Positions 41,287-53,622 of a stretch of DNA of 64,000 nt are shown here, piece after piece. Position 1 is the stretch's first letter; the number at the start of each line of letters is the position of its first letter. Under the pieces are notes generated by a model. The model made no database searches and had not been told where the DNA came from. It saw only the letters and a program-made list of their open reading frames with translations. The DNA is from Auanema rhodensis (lineage: Eukaryota > Animalia > Nematoda), in the NCBI GenBank assembly GCA_964057225.1, contig OZ059894.1, positions 10,912,001-10,976,000 on the forward strand, written 5' to 3'. Made by a program: the position numbers and the translations under genes.

Positions 41287-43776
41287 TCAAAAAAATTTTT
41301 TATAGTCAATTTTCCTATTCTTTCTTAGCCTATTCTTCCAAATTTCAATTTTTTCATCATTCTCACAGGAAGTATGTACTTTGTCATGATTATTTAATAA
41401 AGATTGTTCGAGGGTTATTTTCTTTTCTTCTGACTCATTCAAATTTTCGGATATTTCTAAAGGAATTAAGTGGTTTACGGATCTTAGGAAACGGTTTCCT
41501 TCTGAATTTCTGATTTTTGCTGTTCGAATTTCCCCATCTTTAGAAGTAATCAGTTCTTCTATAATGGCAAGTGGCCATTTGTGTCTTTTCACATTATTTT
41601 CCATACATAAAACAATTTCTCCGATTTTTGGTTGTAATTTATTGAAATTTTTTGTTATACTTTTTCTATTACTCATGGTCCTTAATTCCTCAAGATAAGT
41701 TATGGACCAGTCTTTCCAAAAATTACTAATACTATCATTGCAGGAGTGCATCCACTCTTTAATTTCGTTCAAATTATTTAGATTAGATTTATTTGTCGTA
41801 TGTACGAACTCACAAATGATATTATCTGGATGATAAAATTCTAAACTTTTTGGCGTTATTATCTTATCGAAATCGCTATTTATGTAGGAGATAGGTCTTA
41901 AATTTATGATATTTTCTATCTCAGTTAGTACTGTACTGAGTTCTTGGTATTCGATTTTTTTAATTCCTAGGGTTTTAATCAAATATTTCTTAGTTAAACC
42001 CACCATTCTCTCGTAAAAACCTCCTTTCCAAGGTGAGTATGGCGTAATTTTTTCCCATTTTATTTGTTTGTTGTTTAAAAAACTTTCTAATATTTTGTCT
42101 GTTTTCACGAACTGACTTCCGTTATCAGATATTACCTTAGTAGGTACTCTTTTTCTTGCGAAAAACTTTCTTAGATTAAGTGTTAATTCTTTGCTAGAGC
42201 TGTCATTGGCTAAGTCCAAGTATACCGCTCTTGTACAGAGGCAAGTGATCAACATAATCCACACTTTCTTATCAGAATTGGATTCTGTTTTCACTATTAA
42301 TGGACCTGCATAATCAATACCGATATTCTCAAATGGTTTATATTTTACAACTCTTTCTTTTGGTAGTTGAGGAAAATTAGGGTATTTATAAGGTCTGTTA
42401 TTAATTTTTTTGCATTTCAAGCAATCGTGAATTACCATATTTATACAAGTTTTTAATTTTACGATAAAAAATTCCTTTCTTACTATACCCATCAAAGTTT
42501 CCCTGTTTGCATGTAACGAACTTTCATGCATGTAATTCAGAAGTAGTTTTGTAAATAATTTCTTTCCAAATAGTAGTATTGGGTATGAATTTTTATCTTT
42601 ATCGGAGTGGCCCATACGGCCCCTCACTCTTAAAATTCCATGTTCGTCTTTAATGATATCTAGTTGCTTGAATTTTTTCTTTTCCAGGTTTTTAATATTC
42701 TGGTTTTGATGAATTTTTATGAGAAATTTTTGAATTGTTTTATTTTTCGTCATTAAATCTTTTTCCTCGAATTTATCAAACATACTTTCTTTACACTTAT
42801 TTGAGTTTTTCTTTATTTTAGTGACAAATGTCATTATTTGCCTAATTATATCAATTAATTTTGGGTATGTTGAAAATTTTCTTGCTAAAAAATCTAAATC
42901 TTCATTTTCCGTTTGATTTATTTCGGATTTTATCAATAAATTGACTATTTTTTGCTGCGGTTCTTCGCAATGTTTTTCAATCACTTCTTCAAGCGATTTA
43001 ATATTTTTGTTTCGGTCTATTTCATTTTTATACCATTGAGGACCTTTAATCCATTCCTTGTAAACTGAATCTTCAACTTCTGAACCTCTTGTAGGTAAAT
43101 CAGCTGGATTTGATTTTGTATTCACATAGAAAAACTGAATTGTTGTCTTCATTTTTTCTATTTCTCTCACAATTTCGTTTATTTTATTCAGTCTATTACG
43201 AATATATATCTTTTTTGTTGGATTTTTGTGTAACCAACATAGTACTACTTGTGAATCAGTTAAAATTTTTATTTTTTCTAATTTTATATTCATTTCGCTG
43301 ACGTTGTCTTTCAACATTTTCATACCAAATAGTAAAGCTGTTAGTTCTTTCATTGGTATGGTTCCTTCAATCATTGTTGAAGATTTAGAGCAAAGAAACT
43401 CAATTTTTTCTGTTTTTCCAGCTTCATTTACATATGCTAAATACGCAACACATGCTATAACATCTTTAGATGCATCTGTGAATAATAAATATTCAAATTT
43501 TCCATTTTTCTCATTTATATCTTTCATTAATGACCTGTTAACCTCAACTTTAGCATTTTCTAACTTTGTATATAATTTTTTCCATATTATTTGTTGATGT
43601 TCTGGTATTTCTATGTCCCAGTCAATTTTTAATTCCCATATTTCTTTTAGAAATAACCTAGCTTTGACGGTTAAAGGCTGAGTTAGACCTAATGGGTCGA
43701 AGATTGAATTAATGAAACTGAGGATAGTTCGTTTCGTTATTTTTTCTTCTTTCCATATAGGAATTTTTATTTCCAA
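41287..43776 (-). pseudogene. BEL2 pol fragment (RNase H and integrase), 5'-truncated, no env
   Basis: IFDPLG, FTDAS, TDSQV, NPADLPTRG, GIDYAGP, SDNGSQF, PWKGGFYERMV. Confidence 0.9.
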
Positions 43777-43780
43777 TTTG

Positions 43781-44155
43781 TCATTTTTCAGTTCTTACCA
43801 AGATCTCATAGCGACTTGTCGCATATTTATTAATATCGTAAATTATAATTAAAAAGAAATATCAAAATAAATCGTTTATTTAATACACTGTTAGTTTCGA
43901 GAGACAAAAAGTGGTGCATCGGCAAAATAAGTAGAGAACTACAAGCGATTTATAAAATAATTGTTTAATCAGTAAATAAAAAGAAAGAAAAAAAATGAAT
44001 TCTTCAATAAAATTCAGCAAACAAGGATTTCAAGCTAGAATAGCTTCGAATAGTTACAAACGAAAAGAAGTCTTAAAAATTTTGAAAAAATACGAAATAA
44101 GTACAATTCTAAATTCAAATGAAATTGATGCCATATTAGTATACGTAGAAAATCA
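43781..44155 (+). mobile_element. Inverted BEL2 segment: LTR U5 end, tRNA-Gly PBS (43912-43923) and probable gag start (43995)
   Basis: Reverse complement of 40157-40282, then TGGTGCATCGGC. Confidence 0.8.
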
Positions 44156-44175
44156 TTTCCAATTTGTCATTTTCT

Positions 44176-44277
44176 GTGTCAGCCATTTTTGTTGGTTTCC
44201 TGGAAGGAAATTATTAACCAACGAACAGTGTCAGCCATTTTTGTTGGTTTCCTGGAAGGAAATTATTAACCAACGAA
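44176..44277. repeat. 50-bp tandem duplication covering the gypsy 2 start codon region
   Basis: gtgtcagccatttttgttggtttcctggaaggaaattattaaccaacgaa twice, period 52. Confidence 0.95.
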
Positions 44278-45363
44278 GACTGAGCTTATATATACAAACG
44301 TAAGAAACAATATGGGGTTGGTATGCGCGACTCCTGTTTCTGTCAGGGGGCCAGCCTGCAGCGGGTTTCTAGTCGGAGAATAGCCTGGTCAGGTTCATAC
44401 ACGAGTCCGCAACTACGTGTGACCTTAGCAAAGGACCGGGTTCTTATCTCACGAAGAGGCATGAGATGCGAGACAGTGGTCTGTGTATTGTGCCTTTTCA
44501 GTCATGGACAAGATCAGGTACACAGGCTTCTCGAACTCATTTTTCCAGACTTCTCGTGCCTAAGCGAACCCGCAGAAGACGTTCCCTTTTAACGTTGCTT
44601 CTGCTCCCCTGGGTCTTGCTAGGTGGGACCACTCAACTTCAAAATATTCATTAATTCACATATGGGACCAAAAGGGTTAATTTCAAATGATTGCGCGTCT
44701 TATATCAAAAAGTGTACGCCTCCGCGCGATGTCCCGAGAATGTCTGGTATTGTTTCTTACGGGGCTTTCTCATAAAAATGCGTTAGATATCAAGAATAGT
44801 GGTTTTGTTTATGAATCAATGTTTTCAGAATGATTTATGAATAGATATTTTCAAAATTTAGCTTGTGATAAGATGTTTTCAAGATGACTTATGGGTAAGT
44901 GTTGCAATATGAATAAATGTCTTTAAGATATTTCATGAATTGATAGTTTTTAATATTATTCGTGGTTAAATATTTTGATATGCTTGTTCCAAAAAGAGTT
45001 TTTTTATGCATTATATGCCTTTAACATACAGGAAAGTAGAGGAATAAAGTAGGAATATAGATTGTAATAGATAATATGTATAAGACATTTTTTTTTTTTT
45101 TTTTTTTTTTCAAATAGATATATCAGAAATGATGTTAGAAGAATGATATTTAGAGATAAATTCGAATTACTAGATTAAATTGGAGTTTTTGTTTTAGATA
45201 CAAAATTGACTTGAAAGTTTGAAATATAAAATTTAATTAGAATTTTTGGATATGAAATCAAGATAAATTTTTAGAGTAAAAAGGATTTCAAAGAAAGAGA
45301 AAGTAATTTAAAGGTGAGAAAAGTAGCGGCAATGGTCCATAGAGATTCGTCCCTTATAGACGA

Positions 45364-45381
45364 ATCTCGGTGGAACCTCCA
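45364..45381 (-). promoter_or_regulatory. Primer binding site, tRNA-Gln
   Basis: TGGAGGTTCCACCGAGAT directly abutting the LTR. Confidence 0.9.
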
Positions 45382-45720
45382 CGTTCCATATTGGTTCCTA
45401 GGGTTCCGGCTAGGTAACCATATGGACTTTAATAGTGTGAATGCCATTGTAAAAGTAACAGAGAGTAGAGAAAAAGAAGTTTATTCAGAATATGGAAATA
45501 CAACTATAAAAGCAAAATACAATAATCAAATAAATGAAACTACATGTTATGAGAAAGCCAACCTAGTTGCTTTCTCAGGGGTTTATATAGCAAAATATTA
45601 ATTACAAATATAATTGAATTTATACAAAAAGTAGTTCAGGTCTAGTTTCTTATTGAATTCTATTAACCAAAGGTCGGTTGACGTTGTCAACCGCCTTCTT
45701 TATAAGACACGTATGGAACA
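45382..45720 (-). repeat. 5' LTR of the gypsy 2 composite (different subfamily from 29962-30349)
   Basis: TGTTCCATAC...ATGGAACG followed by a PBS; junction 59 bp upstream of 5S. Confidence 0.85.
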
Positions 45721-45779
45721 TCCTAACTATTAACAACAAGATTTAGAGTGATATAACTGATAATGAAGAATATAACATT

Positions 45780-45898
45780 GCTTACGACCATACCACGTTG
45801 AAAGTACGCCATCCCGTCCGATCTGGCAAGTCAAGCAACGTTGGGCCCGGTTAGTACTTGGATCGGAGACGGCTTGGGAATCCCGGGTGTCGTAAGCT
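45780..45898 (+). rRNA. 5S rRNA: 5S rRNA, intact
   Basis: Nematode-type 5S sequence with terminal stem GCTTACGAC/GTCGTAAGC and oligo-T terminator. Confidence 0.97.
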
Positions 45899-46340
45899 TT
45901 TATATTTTATTTGAAATATCTTGAAGAAATAAAAAAGCTTTGATAACTAGAAAAAGTTGTTGATTGATATGTGCTCTAATATTACAAGAGTGGTTGTTCT
46001 AGATACTGTAAGCAATACAAACACTGTAAAGTTGGGAGATTTCATTGTATTAACCTTCTCCTAATTATTGTATAAAAATATATAAAATATTCGGAAACTT
46101 TGCAACCGTACATATAAAACTATATACAAGTATTTGAATAAAAAGAATAGAAAAAAGTGCAGCGCTTCGAATAAGAAAAAAATAAGTCCAAAAGTTGAGT
46201 AAATCCACAGTTTATATGAGCCATTTATGACCTGTACAGTCAAGATTGTCAAACCACACTTTTATATTCAAATGAGAGAGTGCACTCGTAACAAGTACGA
46301 TACATTTGCTTGATGTCTTTGATACTCATGGCTATGCTGT

Positions 46341-46526
46341 ATCGCTTCTCGGCCTTTTGGCTAAGATCAAAGTGTAGTAATCGTTCTTATCGAATTAACC
46401 TTCGATATGTGTTCCATTGGTTCACAATAAGGTTAACCGATTTTTGAGACTTGAGGTAGATGCTGGCTTGCTAGCTCCACCTCACGGGTCGACCCGCTCT
46501 TGCACTGCTGGCGGGAACGGCCCATT
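46341..46526 (+). ncRNA. U2: U2 snRNA, the only uninterrupted copy (3' end approximate)
   Basis: ATCGCTTCTCGGCCTTTTGGCTAAGATCAAAGTGTAGTA, stem IIa, Sm site, stem-loops III and IV. Confidence 0.97.
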
Positions 46527-46537
46527 CCCTCAGGGAA
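46525..46537 (+). terminator. Short hairpin at the U2 3' end (putative 3'-end formation signal)
   Basis: TTCCC-TCA-GGGAA in all four U2 loci. Confidence 0.5.
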
Positions 46538-46622
46538 AGAATGTAACAATAAGAATGAAAATCGTGTAGTACACATGGAAATTCAACTTGAGTGACGCTT
46601 ATGACGATGCTGCAGCATACGA

Positions 46623-46877
46623 ACGGTTTAGAAATGACTATACGATCAAAGATGTACCTCTCATTTGTTCACAAACCTTCTATTTTCATGGCTTTCTTAT
46701 AATTTTTTGTCATACTTATGTACTACCTGGTAATTCTGTATTTACATTTATGTTTATTCATGTCTTTGCTGCCTCTACGCTTTTGTTACTTTTATAGTTT
46801 AATATTGTAGTTTTTCGGAACAAACATTCTCTACGTCAATAAATTGTTCTTATCGAATTAATCTTCAATATGTGTTC
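46623..46877 (+). pseudogene. Fossil family B-like 3' UTR plus decayed U2 fragment in the spacer
   Basis: Reverse complement of 258-512. Confidence 0.85.
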
Positions 46878-48273
46878 TATTACTATACTGGTAATGTATA
46901 TATCTCGTTTAGTGCGTGGGGGCCTATTCGGGTGGTTTCTATTATGCATATGCATGTTGTTTAGACTTTTTAGACGTATTTCAACAAGTTAGAACGATTA
47001 AACATGTTTGCAGAGTGATCGGATGAGGTTGAAACGAGTAATGAGAAAAAAAGTAGGTAAGGGGGGACCCTTGTGTGAGAAAATGTTCAAAAAAAAGTTG
47101 TTTTTGTTTTCGTTTTGTTTTCATTTTTCAAAAATTTACAGTTTTTATAAAAATAATTCTTCTTTCTACAGTAGATTGTAAATTTCATGAAAAAAAATAT
47201 AGGGAATCAAAAGTTACATTAGGGTCCCGAATACGGGACATTTTTATATGTGTAAAAACGGTCCAGTTTTAACACAAGGGTTTTCCGGTCTATTATAAGG
47301 TAAAACACAGCTTTTTAAACCTCCGTAGCGTAATGAGAAATGATGATTTCGTGAATGTTAAAGTTTTCTATCATAGTTCTCTATAGTATCTACGTACATA
47401 TGAAGAAAAAATAGAAAGAAATTTTTCTGGAAGCAAGTTTCATTGAGCGTTCCGTATAAGGAACATTATGATAAAAATTATAAGGGGGTAAAACATATCA
47501 TTGTTAACCAAGACGTCTGAAAATAAAATTTTCTATTACAATAAATATGAAGTTCTATCATACATATGCATGTTATAAAGACTTTCAAGACGTATTTCAA
47601 CGGGTTAGAACGAGTTTAAACCGAGTTATGAGGAAAAACAATGATATTTAAAAAAGTAAGTAAGGAGGTAGGGGGGACCCTTATGTTAAAGAATGTTAAA
47701 AAAAAAGAATTGTTCCAATTGCTCTAAAAATGTAATATTTGTGTCCAGCATGTTGGAAAAACTAAAAACGTAGTTTGAGATGATTCCAACATGATGGTTC
47801 TTTTAACTGGTAACATGTATCCAAATGGATACATGGTAAAACATTTTTCAGAGAAGTAAGTAAGTACAAAATTGATGAAAAAAAAATTTTAAAAGAATCA
47901 ATATTGATGGAAACTTGTTATATATGATCACGAATTGCGAATTAAAAAAGTTATGAGCAAAAACAGTGATTGTTAGATGTGAAAAAAAAGTTGAAAAAGA
48001 ATTCTTCCAATCAATTTAATTTTATTATTTTTGTGTTTAACATGTGTGAGCACCGATACAACTATGTGTTGAAAAAATTTCTCTCTTGATTGGACTTTTT
48101 ACTGTTGATATATATATATATATATATAAACGGATACATGGCTAACCTTTAGACACATAGGTGAAAAAAAATTTTTTTTTGTTATTGTTACTGTTCCTGT
48201 TGTTTTCTTTGTGGTCGTATCTATTAACAACAAGATTTAGAGTGATATAACTGATAATGAAGAATATGACATT

Positions 48274-48342
48274 GCTTACGACCATACCATGTTGAAAGTA
48301 CGCCATCCCGTCCGATCTGGCAAGTCAAGCAACGTTGGGCCC
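48274..48342 (+). pseudogene. 5S rRNA: Truncated 5S rRNA (nt 1-68/69) at the inversion breakpoint
   Basis: GCTTACGACC...GTTGGGCCC fused to spacer sequence caattggaacaattc. Confidence 0.92.
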
Positions 48343-49185
48343 AATTGGAACAATTCTTTTTTTTTAACATTCTTTAACATAAGGGTCCCCCCTACCTCCT
48401 TACCTACTTTTTTAAATATCATTGTTTTTCCTCATAACTCGGTTTAAACTCGTTCTAACCCGTTGAAATACGTCTAGAAAGTCTTTATAACATGCATATG
48501 TATGATAGAACTTCATATTTATTGTAATAGAAAATTTTATTTTCAGACGTCTTGGTTAACAATGATATGTTTTACCCCCTTATAATTTTTATCATAATGT
48601 TCCTTATACGGAACGCTCAATGAAACTTGCTTCCAGAAAAATTTCTTTCTATTTTTTCTTCATATGTACGTAGATACTATAGAGAACTATGATAGAAAAC
48701 TTTAACATTCACGAAATCATCATTTCTCATTACGCTACGGAGGTTTAAAAAGCTGTGTTTTACCTTATAATAGACCGGAAAACCCTTGTGTTAAAACTGG
48801 ACCGTTTTTACACATATAAAAATGTCCCGTATTCGGGACCCTAATGTAACTTTTGATTCCCTATATTTTTTTTCATGAAATTTACAATCTACTGTAGAAA
48901 GAAGAATTATTTTTATAAAAACTGTAAATTTTTGAAAAATGAAAACAAAACGAAAACAAAAACAACTTTTTTTTGAACATTTTCTCACACAAGGGTCCCC
49001 CCTTACCTACTTTTTTTCTCATTACTCGTTTCAACCTCATCCGATCACTCTGCAAACATGTTTAATCGTTCTAACTTGTTGAAATACGTCTTAAAAGTCT
49101 AAACAACATGCATATGCATAATAGAAACCACCCGAATAGGCCCCCACGCACTAAACGAGATATATACATTACCAGTATAGTAATA

Positions 49186-49440
49186 GAACACATATTGAAG
49201 ATTAATTAGATAAGAACAATTTATTGACGTAGAGAATGTTTGTTCCGAAAAACTACAATATTAAACTATAAAAGTAACAAAAGCGTAGAGGCAGCAAAGA
49301 CATGAATAAACATAAATGTAAATACAGAATTACCAGGTAGTACATAAGTATGACAAAAAATTATAAGAAAGCCATGAAAATAGAAGGTTTGTGAACAAAT
49401 GAGAGGTACATCTTCGATCGTATAGTCATTTCTAAACCGT
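49186..49440 (-). pseudogene. Fossil family B-like 3' UTR plus decayed U2 fragment in the spacer
   Basis: Copy of 258-512. Confidence 0.85.
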
Positions 49441-49536
49441 TCGTATGCTGCAGCATCGTCATAAGCGTCACTCAAGTTGAATTTCCATGTGTACTACACG
49501 ATTTTCATTCTTATTGTTACATTCTTTCCCTGAGGG

Positions 49537-49684
49537 AATGGGCCGTTCCCGCCAGCAGTGCAAGAGCGGGTCGACCCGTGAGGTGGAGCTAGCAAGCCAG
49601 CATCTACCTCAAGTCTCAAAAATCGGTTAACCTTATTGTGAACCAATGGAACACATATCGAAGGTTAATTCGATAAGAACGATT
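49537..49684 (-). ncRNA. U2: U2 snRNA 3' part (nt 39 to ~186), interrupted
   Basis: Same sequence as 609-756. Confidence 0.95.
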
Positions 49685-50195
49685 TATTGACGTAGAGAAT
49701 GTTGGTCCCGAGAGACTACAATATTAAACTATAAAAGTAACAGAAGCCCAAAGGCAGCGAGAACATAAAGAAATATCGAGGTATTTACAGAGTTACCAGA
49801 TAGTATGTGTACATGATCAAAGTATAACAAAGACATGAGGAAATAAAGATTTGTGAACAAATGAGAAATACAGTTTTGGTCATGTGGTCACTTTTGAATC
49901 GATTTAGTTCTATATTGCTATAGATTTTTAGAGACAGCAGAATATTACAATATTGATTCGAAAGTGACCTGCAACTCTAACTAGTATATGAACAATTTGA
50001 AAAGAACAATAGTAGATAGCAGAAAACAAACAAAGCATAGGTAATTATAAATACATTTAATCACTTAATATTTGATAGTTGTCAGGTTTAACAGGTAAAG
50101 GTTGAGGTTGGGGTTGATAAAAGAAGCTAAACAGATAATGAAAAACCTAGCAACTATTGAGATATTAACAACATAATACATAAAGAAGAAATTGG

Positions 50196-53100
50196 TTAAT
50201 TTTCTTGCTGAGATTGTGAAGGCTTGGAGAATTGGCGGTTTCCGGATACATGTTCCACGTAGATATCGCGAGCCCAGCGGATAACGTCGCTGACAATGAG
50301 TTTCTCCATCAAATGGTTGTATCGTCGGCCAATTCCTAGCGAAGCGAGTGCTTTTCCGTTCAAAGGATCCATGGTACCAAGAGCTCCAACCACGTAGGCT
50401 TCCAGTGATGTCTTGTATCCCTTTTCTTCCAGCTTTTTCTTCAATTCAGCATACTTCGTTTCTTTGTCCAGTCTTGCTTTAGCTAACGCCAAACTCCGGT
50501 TTTCATAGCTTACAACTACATCTACTATGGAACAAGTCATATGCTTGTCATTGATTATTGCTATGTCCGGACGAAGCGATGTCATACCAGGTATTTGTTG
50601 GTTGATATAGATTTTAGCGTCTTTAGGCTTCTTGGCAGCTTTCACTAGACGATTCATGATTTCATTATGCCTTAGTTGGACAGCTTCTGAATGAGCATTA
50701 CAGCGTCCAAAAACGTGTGCAGCTGATTCATTCTGATATCCACATCTACGACATCTTCGGTCTCCATCTCCGTGGCGGCGACATCCGTTAAGTTGAAGCA
50801 CGTTGAGCCGGGCTTTGTGGATGAATCTCCAATCGGCAAACCTGATGAAGTCACCACGAGCCAGATAGTGATTAGATGAGTTCCGGATAATAGATGTTTC
50901 AAAGACTCGTCCTTGATCTGGTTTTTCACGAAGTGAACGAATTTCTTCACTCCAAAGAGCTTGTCGAAGTGCCTTCTTAACGAACCGAGGATTGAGTGGT
51001 CGGTTGTCAAGTTGCAATCCTTAAGCAGCTTCTTCAGTGATGTTCCAGTTGATGTTAATGGAGGATTTTAGACGTCTTGTTGCGGCCCTTACTCTAGTCC
51101 AAGTTGATGAAACGTCAGCAGTATAGGTATCAAAAATTCCTTCAATGCTTCCGTTGTAATATTCAGTGATGTTCTGAGTTGTTGGTGCTGCTTTAATCCT
51201 AGATTGAACTGCGTGCACCGCATCAGAGTACGCAATCGACTGAACTAGCGGGTCCTTGGAATTTAGGATCATTTGGGCGTGGGCTAGCTGACAGCAGTCA
51301 CTGAGCTTCTGGAGCTTTGTGAAACCAAGTCCACCGTGAGTGGTGGGGATGTAGAGTGGTTCCGCACTTGCTCGTTGGGGCAGATGAAGCCATTGACGGC
51401 CGCATCTACTAAGGTGTTGATCGAAGCTTACTAGTTTGTCCTTGCTGACTTTTCCGTTAGTCATATGAAAGTCCATACAGGGGAGAATAAACTGTCTTAC
51501 TGCGTCCGCTTTTTGCCAGTCAGTTAGTTTAGACTCGTGGATCTTTCTGAGATCTTGATTCATCTTGATCATGATGTCGTCGGCGGTGTACTGTAGATGC
51601 ATTCCAGTAGGTACTCCTAAGTGACTGTATGCATCGTACTTGTCGAGAGAAGGCATGACTTCGCCTTGAATGATGAAGTTGGTGGTGGTAATTTTTCCTT
51701 GGTTGAACATCAAACTAGCGCATTTGGGAGGTTTGAACTTGAGTCCTAGGTTGGAAGCAGAGGCGGATGTTACTTCGAGCGCTTTTTGAAGGTCAGACTC
51801 CGAGTTGCTTATGAGCACTAGGTCATCAGCATAGGCGAGAACTCGAATGTTTGAGTCGTGAAGCTTGTATCCTTCAGTAGAATGTTCAATTGCTTTAATC
51901 AAGGGTTCGATGGCTAGATTGAAGAGTATCGGAGAGATAGGCGAACCCTGTAGCACTCCAGCTTCGATCTTGATTGGTTCCGTGTTAATTGATCCAGCGG
52001 AAACTATAGTAGAAGCACCCCTATAAGTTTCCAGAATCCGAGAAACAGCAATAGGTCCGAGTCCTGACCAGCGTAGCGAGCATTCTAAAGATGAATGCGG
52101 AAGGGATCCGAAGGCATTAGCAAGATCAAGCCATGCTATGGCAATCTTTTTACGGTTCCTTCTGGCGTCTGCTATTGCTGATTGGAGGATGTAATTGTGC
52201 TCCGTGCATCCCGGTGCTGAGATGAAGCCTTTTTGAGCAGGTGAAATTCTTTTTTCGGCCACTGTCCAACGGTGAAGTCTTAAAGTTATACAGGCTGAGT
52301 ACAGCTTTCCAATGGTGTTTCCGAGGGAGATAGGTCTCCAATTGGTGACCTCAGCTTTATCTCCTTTTTTGTGTAGAAGTACCGTCTTTGAGATCTTCCA
52401 GCCGTCTGGCACGTACGACAAGTCGTGTACCAAGTTGAAGATTCTAGACAGTACATGTCCATGCTTGTCCATTTTCCTCCAGTGGGAGTATCGTATACGA
52501 TCGTTCCCTGGAGCAGTGTCGCTACACTTTTTCAGATGCTTCCATATTTCCTTCGGAGTGAAGGCGCCTTCAAGGGGCTCATCAGATGAGCAGGCTTCAG
52601 GCTGAAGCGTCGGCATTTCCATACTGTGTGAGCTAGAAGCATGCACAGTGCTGAAGTGAGCAGTCAGGGTAGACTTGTCGATGGTACAAGCTTCATATGG
52701 AAGATTCAAGACGTTCCTATAGGCCTTCTTCTTATTAGCTCTCCAGAGCTTCTGAATCTTCATTGCTTTTATCTTGTCCAATTCGGGAGACTCTATTTCC
52801 GCTCGACCTCTGTTGCCACTAGTTCTGTGAAGAGGTCGCGACGCTGGAGGAAGGGTACTCTGAATCTCCGATGTTATCACCTGCAGAGCATGTTCAAAGT
52901 CAACTGAATCAATTACTCGATTCAGAATTCTAATCCACGCTAATTGGGTGTCGGACATATCGATGGAATTACCCGGCGTACGATCTTCTAATATAGGACG
53001 CCCAGAGTCGCTCGCCGTATCCCTTACGGGTGTTGCGGGTGCGGTCGCGGGGACGCGGGAACCAATCGATTCTGGTACAAGGTCCATTTCCTGTGGCACC

Positions 53101-53471
53101 ATGTCGCTCCGATCGATTGACTGATCGGGGAGCGTCATTTCCGGTGAAGGAGAATGACGGGCCATTCGGATGCGTAGGACTCTTGCAGGCGTGCTAGGGG
53201 AAACAGAAGAGGCAAGTGTGCGTGCAACAGACGAACAAGGCTCATTATCTCTAATGTGCTTGTTTATAAATTTTAAGTCACGTACTATGCTACATCCTCT
53301 GCATCCAAATTCCATGTTCATTTTGTGCTCAATTCTTAGATGTTTGGAGAGCGCCGCGTGGTTGCCATAACTTCTTGGGATCGGTAGGCAGGCTTCACAG
53401 TTGAATGGGGCTTGAAGAGGGACCATTAAAACCTGAGATGCGCCACCTTCGATGACTCTTCTCACGGGCAT
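50196..53471 (-). pseudogene. Family B ZF-RT-CCHC-RLE ORF with one in-frame TAA at 51021-51023
   Basis: ORFs 51021-53483 and 50196-51017 are in the same frame; WLDLANAFGS, YADD, CRRC..HVFGRC, RPDIA. Confidence 0.9.
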
Positions 53472-53622
53472 TATGAAATACAAGGAATATAAATATGGTA
53501 AGTTGAAAAAAAATTAGTTAAAACATTAACTTATATTACCAGCAACTTTGTAGTTTGATCGCTTCTCCCAGAGATGGTCAGTACGTAGTTTGAACTTGCT
53601 CTGGTGTCTCAAATAACTCGTC

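Larger units (their letters stand above)
40157..44173 (-). mobile_element. BEL/Pao element 2, deleted and rearranged, nested just after the gypsy 2 start codon
   Basis: 3' LTR 40157-40460, pol fragment, inverted U5-PBS-gag piece; gypsy sequence (C)TGTGTC present on both sides. Confidence 0.85.
29962..45720 (-). mobile_element. Ty3/gypsy element 2 (composite: dissimilar LTRs, nested BEL element)
   Basis: ORFs homologous to gypsy 1 throughout; LTR-like ends 29962-30349 and 45382-45720; tRNA-Gln PBS; no shared TSD. Confidence 0.85.
46379..49684. repeat. Large inverted repeat: arms 46379-47721 and 48342-49684 (1343 bp each)
   Basis: One array unit is flipped relative to the rest; arms nearly identical. 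Confidence 0.9.

Noticed and set aside
45362-45381. tRNA-like sequence ending in CCA (also at 10134, 43912, 56324)
   Set aside because: Only 12-20 nt next to LTRs; these are primer binding sites, not tRNA genes
46240-46340. U2 proximal sequence element
   Set aside because: Expected here, but the upstream copies are near-identical so no motif can be delimited from this window
46960-47720. Diverged internal duplication in the spacer (..gacgtatttcaac..ggggggaccct..) as a possible MITE
   Set aside because: Direct rather than terminal inverted repeats and no TSD seen; left as spacer substructure
51018-51026. Programmed read-through at the family B TAA
   Set aside because: Family A is open at this position and only one B copy is visible; a nonsense mutation is simpler
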